Shown: positions 22,378 through 34,121 of the stretch, in pieces | How positions within the stretch are numbered: position 1 is the stretch's first letter | Layout: each line of letters starts with the position of its first letter | Assembly: GCA_051942245.1 (NCBI GenBank) | Contig: JAVECL010000038.1 | Span: 1-64,000 of the forward strand | Source of the DNA: Trypethelium eluteriae | Lineage: Eukaryota | Direction of reading: 5' to 3' | DNA: 64,000 nucleotides | Notes under the pieces: model-generated | Databases searched by the model: none | Told to the model about the DNA's origin: nothing | The model's input: the letters and a program-made list of their open reading frames with translations, nothing else | Translations under genes and position numbers: made by a program

Positions 22378-24041
22378 GGTGAAGAAAAACTTAGCCGTTA
22401 TAACATGTCCAAATCAGTTTCCAAAAATCCGAAGAAATTTCTAGGAAGCAGTTTAGACGGCCACACCTTGTGCGCATATGGTAATTGGCATCGGGTCGTG
22501 GTCCCAAATGTTTCCCTCGTTAAGCATTGAAGTAATTGCTTTACGTGGGGAACTGTATCAATGCACATCAAAGATATGTGAGGCGGTAAGGTACTGCAGA
22601 GAGCCAGTTTAGACTGATAGGCCCACAAAATGATGACCAGGGGTGCTTAGTTTTTGCTCCAAGTGCGTGTAGAAACAATAGCGAAACGCGCACCCGAGTC
22701 CATTTGCCACATGATGCAGGTAGGCTCGCTCTGAACTACTTGAAAGAGCTATCCGAGGGATTTTTTCATGACTAGTTGGGTTCGCTATTCGTCTCCATTG
22801 TACAAGCACCGAGCCATAATTGGCAATTTCAAGTCTGAGCTTCTTCGCTGACGAGCCTAGGCCCATCGGATGATATCAGTTCACCAAGCATGCCTATACA
22901 GTACGCGGATGCAGCGGCAGATGGGGGCTCGAGAAAAAGCAGAAACCTGAGCTGTGCATGCATGGAGTGGTTACTGATAACAGGGGGTTTTTTGTACGCG
23001 ACGAACAGTTTTTCAAAGAGATCCACTTGCATAGATTGGGGTCATTCGTGGGACAACTCACCAACTGATCTTCTTCGCAAGGATAGAGGTGTGATACCGG
23101 ACTCTACGATTTTGGCGCCGGATAGCACTGCACCCTAACTTCATAAAGCGGCAGCCGACACTGCTTCGAAGGCACTGCTCGGCCTATTCGGATACTACAA
23201 GCAAGATTAAGTATGCTTACCGGGTGAGCTACTACCGTGCTACGGTACAGATCTCGAGTAAGTTTAGCTTAGCTACAGGCGTAAGCGACACTGCCCTTTG
23301 CCCCTGCTCGGCTCGTATTAACAATACTCCGAGCATCAGTACAACGACTTTCAGTTACCTTATGCGATACCCGATTTGTATGAGATCCCATTGAAGCAAA
23401 GCATCTTGCAACATCATGTACGATGCGCGCGGATCATCACTCGACACCAATCATTACTTTTAGTTGGCTGTCCCTTTAAGGGATGCTCGGTTGGACTATG
23501 CAAGGTCGGACGACCTGTGCAAAGTTGGATGGCGTCCGTAGGATGCCTCCTAACGAGTAAGGGATTAACATGGAGGCACTCCTGTAACCCCACAGGTCGA
23601 CGTCTGGAGAGATCGATCGAATCCATTTGCGTAAGTTTTAGTATTTTCTCATCCAAGCTGTGTCTGCCCAAAATATGAGAAATTTCTTGGACTTGTGATC
23701 ACAGCAGTCGAACTTCTAGACCAGTTCGATGAGGGATTGTTTCGAGGGCCTATCGTCATCTTGTACAGATGTCGCATGTACATCGCTTATGGACTTCTCG
23801 GAACTCAGCCTCGGATCAGGCAGGTTGCATCAAGGCAGCGACTATTCATCCTGCGGGAACGGGGTGGGAAGCGAATGAAGCCGCATATTACCCTCCACCA
23901 GCTTCAGACAAGGAAGCATAGATGCTCCAGCATTCAAAATGATAAAATGGTAGTCGGGTTCGCTTTCTGCCTTTCATGTTCGAGCAGGCACCCAATTTCC
24001 ACAGTCCTGCCAACCTCCAATACCCACGCGTCGATTGAATC

Positions 24042-25121
24042 ATGGCAACCATTCGCTTGTTGACATGCCTCTTAGGTGTTGCTCTCATCTTGATGGGACA
24101 TATGCTCGCTGCTTCGCCTCTTCAGCGACGAGCCGGCGTTGTGCCCAGCCTGTCCGGAGGTCCCGCTATAATGGGTGCCGGGACGTACCCACGTGCCAAC
24201 TTCCTACAAGACGGATCCATTATTGGCGCCTTCACAGCCTTTCCTGACGGTAACAACGCCATTGTAGTAGTGCACTCTACAGACGGTGGAGTTACCTGGA
24301 ACCAGATCGGTACAGTTGCGACTGGTGATTCAGCGACGCACGACATCGATAACCCCTACGTTCTGCAACTGCCGTCCGGTCGCGTACTGGCTGCCTTTCG
24401 TAACCACGATAGAACTGCTCCCACCACCTACACGTTCTTCCGCATCACAGTTTGCTATTCCGATGATGGGGGTGCCACCTGGACCTATCTAAGCACGCCT
24501 GCCTCAGATCCTGGTCCGACGAACGGTAATTGGGAACCCTTTCTGCGCAGTGCTCAGGACGGCTCTCTCCAAATCTATTACTCGCGAGAGAACAGCGCCG
24601 CCGACCAAGATAGCCTGATGCGGACCTCGACTGACGGCGGTATGACTTGGTCAGACGCGACGACCATCTCTGGCGGCGAGCTCACCTCTACTCGCGATGG
24701 CATGCTCGGCGTTACTACTGTTTCGGGCTCAAACCTCATTGCTGTCTTTGAAACGGAAACTAACGGCGGCCAGTTCACCATCGGCTCTGTGACGAGTCCG
24801 GACGACGGTAACACTTGGGGCAACCGCCAGACTGTTTACACGCCAACGTCTGCGAACGCCAATGCCAATGCCCCACAGGTCATCAACGTGGGTGGTACAC
24901 TGGTTGCGAGCTTTCAGACCAATGAGGACGAGCCGGGCAACGATGACGGAACAGATGCTAAGGTCCTCACTAGTGGAGATGGAGGCGCGACGTGGGGAAA
25001 TAAACTGACGTTCAGCAATATCGAAAGTCACTGGCCGGGTCTTCTCGACATTGATGGAGGTAGCCTACTTGGTCTGGCGGATGATGGCGGGGCGAAGGCT
25101 CAGAAGATCACGATTGGCTAA
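24042..25121 (+). CDS. Secreted BNR/Asp-box beta-propeller glycoside hydrolase (GH93/sialidase-like), intronless
   Basis: Signal peptide and dibasic QRR site. Five Asp-boxes: STDGGVTW, SDDGGATW, STDGGMTW, SPDDGNTW, SGDGGATW. Also NWEPF and RDGM motifs. Confidence 0.88.
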   Translation: MATIRLLTCLLGVALILMGHMLAASPLQRRAGVVPSLSGGPAIMGAGTYPRANFLQDGSIIGAFTAFPDGNNAIVVVHSTDGGVTWNQIGTVATGDSATHDIDNPYVLQLPSGRVLAAFRNHDRTAPTTYTFFRITVCYSDDGGATWTYLSTPASDPGPTNGNWEPFLRSAQDGSLQIYYSRENSAADQDSLMRTSTDGGMTWSDATTISGGELTSTRDGMLGVTTVSGSNLIAVFETETNGGQFTIGSVTSPDDGNTWGNRQTVYTPTSANANANAPQVINVGGTLVASFQTNEDEPGNDDGTDAKVLTSGDGGATWGNKLTFSNIESHWPGLLDIDGGSLLGLADDGGAKAQKITIG

Positions 25122-27333
25122 ACCAGAGTGGGAATAGGGGTTACTGAGGCAATAAGTTCACAAGCAGTCATTAACTAATCCATCTTCGTTTCGATGTATC
25201 TATGTCTTCAAGCTTTACCCATCTCTTTTGACTTGGCATCTAGCGATCTATCTACGCCTGACATACTCCGTATATAGTCCAAGAATAAATCTTAGGTTCC
25301 TGTATCGCAATCATAGTTGAGATGATCGTGCAACTAAACTACACACTCGATGACTCGGGCAGTCTGCAAACCGAACGAGTACTTCCACAAAGCCTCGGCA
25401 TATAAGATCATGTACATACGGAGAACGTGTCTAACCTTCCTCCGTGCCCGCTCCGAATCCCATGGACGCCGGGACGGGCCGGTTAAGTGTGACAATATCG
25501 TACCGCGTCTTTTCCAGGCGAAGGGGTGACCCGAGCACCAGGTGCAAGGCTTGCAATAACAACTTCTTTCCTGTCTGATATCGGCTCGGCCGAGTTTGCA
25601 CAGAATGAGAAAGGAGGCGCCAGTGACTACTCCATCATGCATATATTTGCCTTGCAGCTTACATGGCGAGGCAGATTGCCTCTATCTGCATGATCTGGCT
25701 TCGTGTATATTGCTTGACGTGGCGCTTGCAGAAAAGACGGACGACCGAGAGAAGTAGTGCGATAGGATTCTTTCCGTACGTGCCGGAAGCGAGCTCCTTG
25801 AGTCTGCAGATTGCGATCTCCGCTCCATTAGCATGTGTACCTTAACATCAGGTGTGGGATTTTCGACACGTGTTTACTTGATGCGGAGCATATCCTTTGT
25901 TTGGTCAATCTGATTGAAGTACATATAATGCACTGACTCACACTGACCAAGTGAGGATGAAAGCACAGACTACCAAGCTCAAAGACCCAACCACCAAAGC
26001 TTTTCAGAGCAACAAAAAGTGGAGCCGTCAAAATAAGTCTCATGTAAGGGTCAGAGCATGCTTATGTTTGCCTGGTTTGGCGAGTTGCTTATTGCTTGGT
26101 GCTGTGCGCCATTTGTTTCTTCTTCGATTGCTTAATTTATACCGAAAACCTTTCGAATGCTCGGCCTTTGTCTTGCCAGGTAGGTCTTCATCGATTTTAA
26201 AATGACTAAGCACTTAGAAGCCAATCAATTTACTGGCTCTATGAAGGCCTTCGAAGGATCTTTCAAACCCTTGACTCGGCAATCGACACTGTCTCATCCG
26301 AGCAGAAGAGGCGAGCCGAACGAAAACGATAGGAAGGAACGGGAGGAAGATACATTCTTTGACCTGTATTCCAGCCTGATATGTAATACCATCCCTAAAA
26401 AAAACTCTGGGCGCGTTGAAGCGCCTGCCGACGACACAAGGGAAGGACCGGTACCACAGGCTAAACGCCAGGCTCCGAACATGCAATGAGCCTGGTGTTT
26501 CTCACGCAACATAGTCCTTATTTGGCTATAGGATAGGAACATTGCTGATGGTATTTTGGATACCGATATGTACAGTGAATGTTAGCATGCGGATTTTTTA
26601 TACGTGTGGCTGGCCTCACTGGGAGCTGTGATCGGGATCTGGGTCAAATGATGGCTCAGAGTTTTCGACATTGGTCCTATGCACATAAGTTTACTCGTTT
26701 CGATGGGCGACGCTCGAAGCGCCTTGCCGCAGAATCTGTGGTCTAATTTGATGTTATTTGGTGACTAGTAAATAGACGTATGCAATGAGCTCAGTTGGGA
26801 GCCCTTTGTCGCATGATCAGTAATAGTCCTGCCTGAGGGTATATCTGGTCCTCGAAAGCTTTCCCAACGCTTCATCCTATGCCACGTAGACGGCTTGAGG
26901 AGGATCCACGAGATTCCCAGAATCGCTTGTAAATGCCAACTCTGATGATAGCGAGCGAAGTTGAATTACGTACGCCGAAGCACCTGATCGGGAACAAAAT
27001 ACCCTTTTGAGATTGTTCATTGCTGATCCAGAGTTCCATAAGTTCGAGGCCTATTTCACATTAAAGGTAAGAAATGTAAAGATCACAGGGAGGCGCGTAC
27101 CTAAATGGTCTAGGGAATCGGGAGCGTGCTTCCGCCGACAATAAGATCTAGACTATCTGAAGTAGCTAAAGATCTACGCCCCCTCATGACGAAATCATCG
27201 ACTGTACTGGAGCCTCTCCTATACTTTGTTAAAGTCTTGTGACACAGCATTCAGAAAGATGTCAGAAGCAGGTCAGAAGCTTCCGATACTCAAGCAGGAC
27301 GGGAAATAATCTCCGCACCCTTGAGAAGTTTGA

Positions 27334-28394
27334 CTATTTTCCAGAGGATTTCTGCGTCTCTTCGTCGCTGACTTCCCGACCTTCCTTCTCCGCCTGTTCC
27401 CTTCTCCTCTCCTCTCTCTCTTTTTTCCTCTCAAGCAGCTTCTTCAGGTTCTTCGCACCATTGAAGACCCCTCCCGTTCCAGTGCCACAGGCTGCGCACG
27501 AAGGATCCTTCCGATATCGTTTAATGGCGCAGTCCTCACAGAAGTAGTGATTGCATCGCGTAACAATAGGATGGTCATAGGGCTGCTTGCAAATGATGCA
27601 AGCGAAGGGTATTTTTTTAAGCATCTCTTCGTCCGGATCCTCGGGCTCAGCTTTCTGCTTCTTCTTACCTTTAGAGTTTACCTCCCATTCTTTATCGAGT
27701 TGCCACCCTTGTGCATAGCTCTCACGCGCATGTAGAAACTTGCAACTGTCTCCAAAGCCGCAATAGCCTGTTTGCTTGTACTATAATGTATATTAGCTTA
27801 AGAAGAACGCAGCAGATAGGAAAAAGGGGGAAACCATACATCTTTGCAGACATCCGGCGCATAATCTGTGACCGTGATAGTGCGAATGTTTGTGGGAGCT
27901 TTTACCGGTCCCATTTTTCGCTCAGGCGCGTTGGGATTCTTCTGAATGAAGCTCTGGTAATTCTTCGTACCTTTGTAGGTACCATCAGATTGTGTAGGCC
28001 CGTCAATAGGTCGAGCTCGCGTTTTCCCTAGAAGATTCTCTGTGTCGAGAGCGTCCTTGCCATTTTCATCGTACCAATTTGATTGCTTGGTCGCGTCATT
28101 GATATCCTCGATTTTCGTCGACCTGTCGCCGGTATACTTCGTAACGCCAAGGGCATCTGCATGAAGTTTCGGAGCCATGGGGCCGGCAGTTAAGATGTTG
28201 CCCTTTCGCCTTCTCTTGATGGTGTGGCCGCTCTCGTCCTCTGATGAGTATTCGGAGCCCGTATCTGAGTCTGGATCCAGTGGTGGAGTCGCTGGGCGTT
28301 TACGTATGTTCGATTTGCCTTTTGCGCCTCTTTTCTTGAATATAGCGACTGGCTCATCCGCGCCTGTGTCCTGTAAATGTGCGACGTCTGCCAT
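27334..28394 (-). CDS. CWC24: Pre-mRNA splicing factor Cwc24 (CCCH + RING); intron 27781-27839
   Basis: GPVKAPTNIRTITVTDYAPDVCKD|YKQTGYCGFGDSCKFLHARE and RING IPFACIIC...CNHYFCEDC...CAAC. Confidence 0.95.
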
Positions 28395-28815
28395 CTTGGG
28401 ATGAAAGGCTGGTTGGTAGAAGTGAGGCGAGACTTCGTCAGTGATTTGGATATCTAAATGAGAGGATATCGTTACAAATTCAATAAATTCCCGAAGTTTC
28501 GAGGTTCTACTTACGTCATCTGTATACGAACCAATCGGATCCTTGATGACTTCCGCCGCGAAAGCTCTCAAAGTCACGTGATCTTTGTGGTCGTCGGAAA
28601 TAGCTCCGCTCCGTGCCTAACTTCGCCGCAGTCCTACAAGCAAACAATCATATCCTCACTTGACGTGCTCCTTTGGACATAACTTTGTTCGCATGTCTCC
28701 CCTACACAACTCTTCGACAACAGGATTGCCACGCTGTAATTCATCGGCCACTGCTCTATTTGCTTCCTGAGACCAACAGAACACCCTTAAACATCCCTTA
28801 CGTCTCCTCGCAAGT
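28395..28815. promoter_or_regulatory. Bidirectional promoter between CWC24 and the Acinus-like gene
   Basis: 421-bp head-to-head gap with TTACGTCA (28511-28518), TCACGTGA (28574-28581) and TGACGTG (28661-28667). Confidence 0.55.
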
Positions 28816-30849
28816 ATGACGGACTATAACAAGTTCACCGTTGCAAACTTGAAAGGCATTTTGAAAGAACGGTCGATACCCTCAACTGGCTTGACGCGTA
28901 AGCAACAGATAATTGACAAGCTCCTAGAGCACGACGCGCAGTCTCAGTCAAATGGCCAAGAGACTACGAATGGATCGCGTGCGGAGACCAAACCTGTCGA
29001 CGCGCAATCTAACAAGGAGAATATTCTAGATGATGGGAAGACAAAGCATCTATCAGATCAGGCGCAACAATCGGGAGAAGTTGACACGAAAGAAAAGGCA
29101 GAGCCTCTTGCCGCAACGAATGAGGGTGCTCTCGAAGATGTTTCTGCCCAGGCGGTCCAGACCCACGAGACTTCTTCACCAGAGCTTGTGCATCATGAAA
29201 CGATACAACCCGTGGAGACGGAATCGCAAGTCTCAGTTTCGCAGACAACACCGACGCCAGCAGCCGTGGCGAAAGAAGAGCAACACCCTACGTCAATCGC
29301 GAACACTACACGACCTTCGCTATCGGATGCAGAAGCAATTGGCGATGAAAATCGCAAAAGGAAAAGAAGGAGTCTGACTCCTGCGGTAGATCCCGAGGCA
29401 GTTGCGATTAAGAAGCGCAAGCAAGAGCAGGTGGAGGGGGCCGTCCACCTCAAAGAGGATGAAGGCACGGATGTGGCGATGCGAGACGAGGAAGACGTCG
29501 CGATGGTAGAGGCAGACAAGGGGTCCGAAGAGACAATATTACCTACTACCACTACGGAAGCGCCTGCCGATGCTGCAAAGACTACAAGCGAAGACCAGGC
29601 AAACGAGGAAATTGGTAGGCACGAGGAGCAACGCGCCATAGAGTCGCCCAAGCGAGAACAAGGTGAGGTAGCCCCTCACTCGGTAGCCGATGAAGCTCCC
29701 AAGGCAGAGCAAGAGTCTACGCCGAATGATCGGACGGAGGAAAGACGAAGCTCTGTAGGCAAGGAAGCCTCACAGCCCAGACCTTCTTCCGACTTGCCTC
29801 GCAAGCCTGATATCATAGGTAAGGATCACAGATATAAAGAGCTATTTGGAAGTGATTCCGCAAGAGCTCGTCTCGAAGACGAAGACAAAAGTCGAGATCA
29901 AGACGAAACTCCAGACACAACACCCGCCGTTCATCCCGCGACCCCCGCACTGTACATTCGTGAGTTGAAACGACCCCTCAAACCTGAAGATCTTCGTGCC
30001 CATCTCATCTCACTCTCTACGCCACCGAACTCGGATTCACAAAATGACGATTCGGTCCTCCAGCAATTCTACCTGGACTCCATACGCTCTCACTGCTTCG
30101 TGCAATTCCCTGGAGTGAGCGAAGCTTCACGAGTCCGTAGCGCACTTCACAACCGCACGTGGCCCGCAGGACGGGATCGCAATCCGCTATGGGTGGACTT
30201 CGTGCCGGAGGAGAACCTTGAAGATTGGATCCGTATGGAAGAAGATGCCGCAGCCGAAACCGGCCGGTTTGGAGGAAAGCGATGGGAAGTCTTCTACCGA
30301 GACGGCGCGGACGGCAGCATCCAGGCCATCTTTCAGGAAGTTGGGCCGGGAGGCAGTGCAGTGCCGAGGAATGCGCCAGCGGGACCGAGGGGTGGTATCG
30401 CAGAAGTGAGAAGGCCTTCAGCGCCGGTGGCAGAAGCGAGTGCTCCGGTGGAAAAGCAGAGCAAGGCTTTTCAGTCGCTCGACGAACTGTTCCAGTCGAC
30501 TACCGCTAAACCGAAGTTGTACTACCAGCCTGTCTCGCGCGATCTGGCAGACAAGCGTCTGGATGAGTTGGATCGATTGACCGACCGTGATGCACTCAGG
30601 CATGGCGACAGGTTTGACGAATACAGACGGTATACGTTTGAGGATGAGGATCTCCTAGTGGATGCAGGACCAGATTATGGATCAAGAAGGGGGGGCTCAG
30701 CACGGGGACGGGGCAGCGGGTATCGAGGTGGTTATAGAGGCGGTCCGAGATATGATGATGGCGGATATCGGGGCGATCGATATCGAAGTGACGAACCTAC
30801 TCGGGGCGGCTATGGATATGATCGGCGTGGATACCGCCCTCATTATTGA
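28816..30849 (+). CDS. SAP-domain/RRM/RSB-motif protein, Acinus-like (ASAP/EJC-associated), intronless
   Basis: SAP motif YNKFTVANLKGILKERSIPSTGLTRKQQIIDKL, RRM PALYIRELKRPL...SHCFVQF...LWVDF, RSB motif SLDELFQSTTAKPKLYYQP, and an RGG tail. Confidence 0.88.
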   Translation: MTDYNKFTVANLKGILKERSIPSTGLTRKQQIIDKLLEHDAQSQSNGQETTNGSRAETKPVDAQSNKENILDDGKTKHLSDQAQQSGEVDTKEKAEPLAATNEGALEDVSAQAVQTHETSSPELVHHETIQPVETESQVSVSQTTPTPAAVAKEEQHPTSIANTTRPSLSDAEAIGDENRKRKRRSLTPAVDPEAVAIKKRKQEQVEGAVHLKEDEGTDVAMRDEEDVAMVEADKGSEETILPTTTTEAPADAAKTTSEDQANEEIGRHEEQRAIESPKREQGEVAPHSVADEAPKAEQESTPNDRTEERRSSVGKEASQPRPSSDLPRKPDIIGKDHRYKELFGSDSARARLEDEDKSRDQDETPDTTPAVHPATPALYIRELKRPLKPEDLRAHLISLSTPPNSDSQNDDSVLQQFYLDSIRSHCFVQFPGVSEASRVRSALHNRTWPAGRDRNPLWVDFVPEENLEDWIRMEEDAAAETGRFGGKRWEVFYRDGADGSIQAIFQEVGPGGSAVPRNAPAGPRGGIAEVRRPSAPVAEASAPVEKQSKAFQSLDELFQSTTAKPKLYYQPVSRDLADKRLDELDRLTDRDALRHGDRFDEYRRYTFEDEDLLVDAGPDYGSRRGGSARGRGSGYRGGYRGGPRYDDGGYRGDRYRSDEPTRGGYGYDRRGYRPHY

Positions 30850-31686
30850 AGCGTTTCTGGAGTAGAACGAACTTTGTTGCATAACAGACGTCAGGGATTG
30901 AACACCAACTCTGTAGTGCTGAGGTAGTGCATTTGATGAGTAACCTTACTTCAACTGTGAACACAGGAGAATCGATCGATTGCAATACGCAAGTCGAAAC
31001 GAAGTCACGCAGGAAGCAGAGGAGACCCTTCAAGCTGGGTTCAATCCCATACAGAAGCATATTAGATGAGAATATCTCATCATACAGTACTTCCAGAAGA
31101 CGCTTTGACCAATGTTTGATGATATGCATGCCCTTACAAAGCTTCGATCCTTTGCATCCCGGCTCCGCGGCCGTGTTTAGCGCGTTTCCCACCGCGTTCC
31201 TTCATCCATCACCCGGCTTAAGGAATGAGCTTTGCCTGAAGCTATGCAATTACGGCAAATCGTGCGACAATTATGCAATGGTGTTTAGGCCTTGCAAGCT
31301 AATCCTCTCGGGCCTTCGTGGTGCTAGCTCGAGGGTCTAAGAAGCTGCCGCTGGGCGCATATTCTTCTATCTATTCTTACACTCTTTGCTCATCTAACCT
31401 ACCCAAAGGATCTTCACCCTGGACGCGACCAGCGCCTTGTCCCTAGCAACCTTTCTGCTTCAAGACAGGATTCCCTGAGGTACCCAATCAAAACAGAACT
31501 TTCCACAGCACAGGTCCATGACCATGTTACTTCATCTCCGCGTTTGAGCGTACTGTCACGAGCGTGCACCATAGAGTAGTACCCTGCCGCAGCATATTTT
31601 GACTGTCTGCCATCTCTGTAAGTCCTTCTCAATCTCTGCTATCCTGATTCTTTGTTCACGTCGCACACTTTCCACAATTCTCGATC

Positions 31687-33084
31687 ATGCTGGCGATCCT
31701 CATAATTATTGTCGTTTTGCTATCGAGAGCATTTTCCAGCCAAGCACAAAGTTTTACTGTCCCACCAGATTCAATCCCGTCAGACGAGCGAACAGAATGG
31801 TGTGAAGCTCAGGTTGATACCTGTAATACTTTGTGTGGTAACGAAACCAATGCCAATCAGTGCGACCCTGTATGAGGCAGCGAGACTCTCACTCAAAATG
31901 AAGCTAACAATGCCCGATAGAACGACCTCACGTACCAATGTATCTGTCAGGGTGGTAGTTCCCCAGACTTATCACAGTGGAATGATACCATTCCATCTTT
32001 CGAGTGCCAGGCTTACAAATCCTCGTGTCCGGCCGAAAATCCTAATGTTTTTGGAGGCCAGTCCTGTGATACAATAACTTGCGGAAGCTTGAGTGCAACA
32101 ACTTCATTTGAACAGTCCTCAAGTTCATCTAGTGCTACTTCTGGGCAAATCGACTCCGCGCCAGCATCTCTTACTGATTCATTGGCTGGATTTTCCCAAT
32201 CATCAGCACCTTTATCAACCTCAAGAGTTTCGCCATCATCGTCCTCATCATCTCTTATCTCACCATCTCCTACAACTGCTGCGACCCAAAGCAGATCGGA
32301 ACAGTCGGGAAGCACATCTTCCGTGACTTCGACACCTACAGCTTTATCTTCACAGTCGAGCTCCTCCGGCCTAGGAGGGGGCGCAGTTGCGGGTATTGTG
32401 GTTGGATCACTTGTCGGAGTATGCTTAGTAGCATTGTTGGCATTCTGCGTGTGGCGCCGACGAAAAACTGACCCTGAATTCCCTATACGTCTGGACCCAG
32501 AAGGGAAGCAGGTCGTTGGCGGAGATGACGGATACGCACCAAAGCCTGAACTTGAGGCCACGCCCGCGCCAAGGGCAAACACTGTAGAAATTGATGGCAA
32601 CACTACTCCTCTACAACAAGCTCCGAGCGCCGCAGACCCAATGTTCGACCTACTGATGAACAGCAACGACAGAGGTGAATCGACACAGCGCTGCGAACTT
32701 CCTTCTTCGAATCGCAGACCACGAATGCAGGAACTCGACTCCGATCCCCTATTCAGCCCAGCTGAGCTCTCCGCCTCTCGCGCGCACAGCAGAAGATCTG
32801 CCGTCACGCCTCGCCGGACACAAGCGGATGGATCTGATCTTCCGGAGGCGCAGCCAACTTCTAATCTTTCTGAGCCAATACCGGGGCCTGAAGCGACGGG
32901 TGAGGCTGAGGTAACAGTCAGGGATGACGCAACGCCAGACGAGATTGCGAGACTGGAAGGAGAGGTGAGGAGGATCGATGCGGAGCTGGCTGAGGCAACG
33001 AGGATCAAGACGTTGAGACAGGAGAGGACGGCTGTGGAGGAGAGGCTAAGGGAAGCGAGGGAAAGGAAAGATGGGCCATCGTGA
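31687..33084 (+). CDS. Type I membrane protein: signal peptide, 10-Cys ectodomain, Ser/Thr stalk, TM helix and cytoplasmic tail (Mid2/Wsc-like architecture); intron 31870-31920
   Basis: Exon 1 (ORF 31687) splices in frame to ORF 32089-33084. TM GAVAGIVVGSLVGVCLVALLAFCVW is followed by RRRK. Tail has repeated PELE/VEID/CELP/QELD/AELS motifs and a coiled-coil end. Confidence 0.82.
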
Positions 33085-34121
33085 TCCTGGCATTGAAGAT
33101 TTGAGAGGACCCTCAGGTTATCGATTGGGCGAAGTAAGCGATTTAGGTGCCCGTGAGCTGAAGTGCAATATTTTGGCTCTTGGCTGTCAGATCTGCGATT
33201 CGATCTTCCGAGGGAGTTCCTGGAACATGCATTCCGTCGACTCATAATCTATCACCTGGGTGGCAACCTACGGCCTTTTGCCAAGACTCTTGGGGACAGG
33301 GTTTCGCTCATTGCACAAGACAAGGCGTAGAGAGTCAGCAAACCGAAAGTATACTTACAGCGATTTTCATGCCTGGGCCAAGATTCGTATCATCCGCTTT
33401 GGATAGGCAGGCCAAGAATATACCGGGACGACGAATCTGTGTTCCTTCTAAAGAATTCTTTGGATGGGCAGCCCTCCCTCCTGCTTTGACCCAGGAGAGT
33501 CGGGAGGTGGCAAGGTTGCCACAGCGCCTATCAAACTATCCGGACACGGCAAGGGAAGGTCGAGAGCTTTGTCAGCAAGTCGTCGTGCGAGCACAGTCAT
33601 TATGGTTTCTGGTGATCAGGCCATCGCAACCTCCGGGTATGACTTTGCGAAGGAAATTGATGCAATACAGCAACTCCAGTCAGTATATCGCTTGCCCTGG
33701 AACTCACAAGAGTTGCGTATAAGAGTAAAGAGGAAAGTTGGATATCGCTTACAGTCGGCAAGGAGAGTACGGCAGACGGGCAGCTGATTTCCAGCCAGCC
33801 AAGCTATGCTCAACTGTTCAGTATTTCGGCTTGTTCACCACGCCAGGCCTGGCCGAATTGCTCGCAAAGGGTGTTCTTATGTCGCAAGCTAATCCAGCCC
33901 TGATCGAAGGGGTATAAGACCATTACGAAAAACTCAGTGTCTGCAGCGACTAAAATCATGACAGTGGCCCTCTACTCCAACCTCACTCTCACGAGGATAT
34001 GGCTGGACGACGCTAGAGAAAGGCTTGTCGTCCCAGCAACTTTGTGGTACAAGAATATGCGTTGATGAAGCTCTAATTCTACGTGGTCTTATTGCCCTTG
34101 GTCATCTCACTGCGTATTCCT

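Noticed and set aside
25951..26489. Possible small spliced gene (ORFs 25951-26205 and 26202-26489)
   Set aside because: Splice-like signals exist, but I could not build a consistent frame or recognise a product.
31030..31055. GGGTTCAATCCC, tRNA T-loop-like
   Set aside because: No 5-bp T-stem, D-arm or acceptor stem could be built.
32013..33245. 410-aa minus-strand ORF
   Set aside because: Antisense shadow of the Ser-rich membrane protein gene. No domain features.
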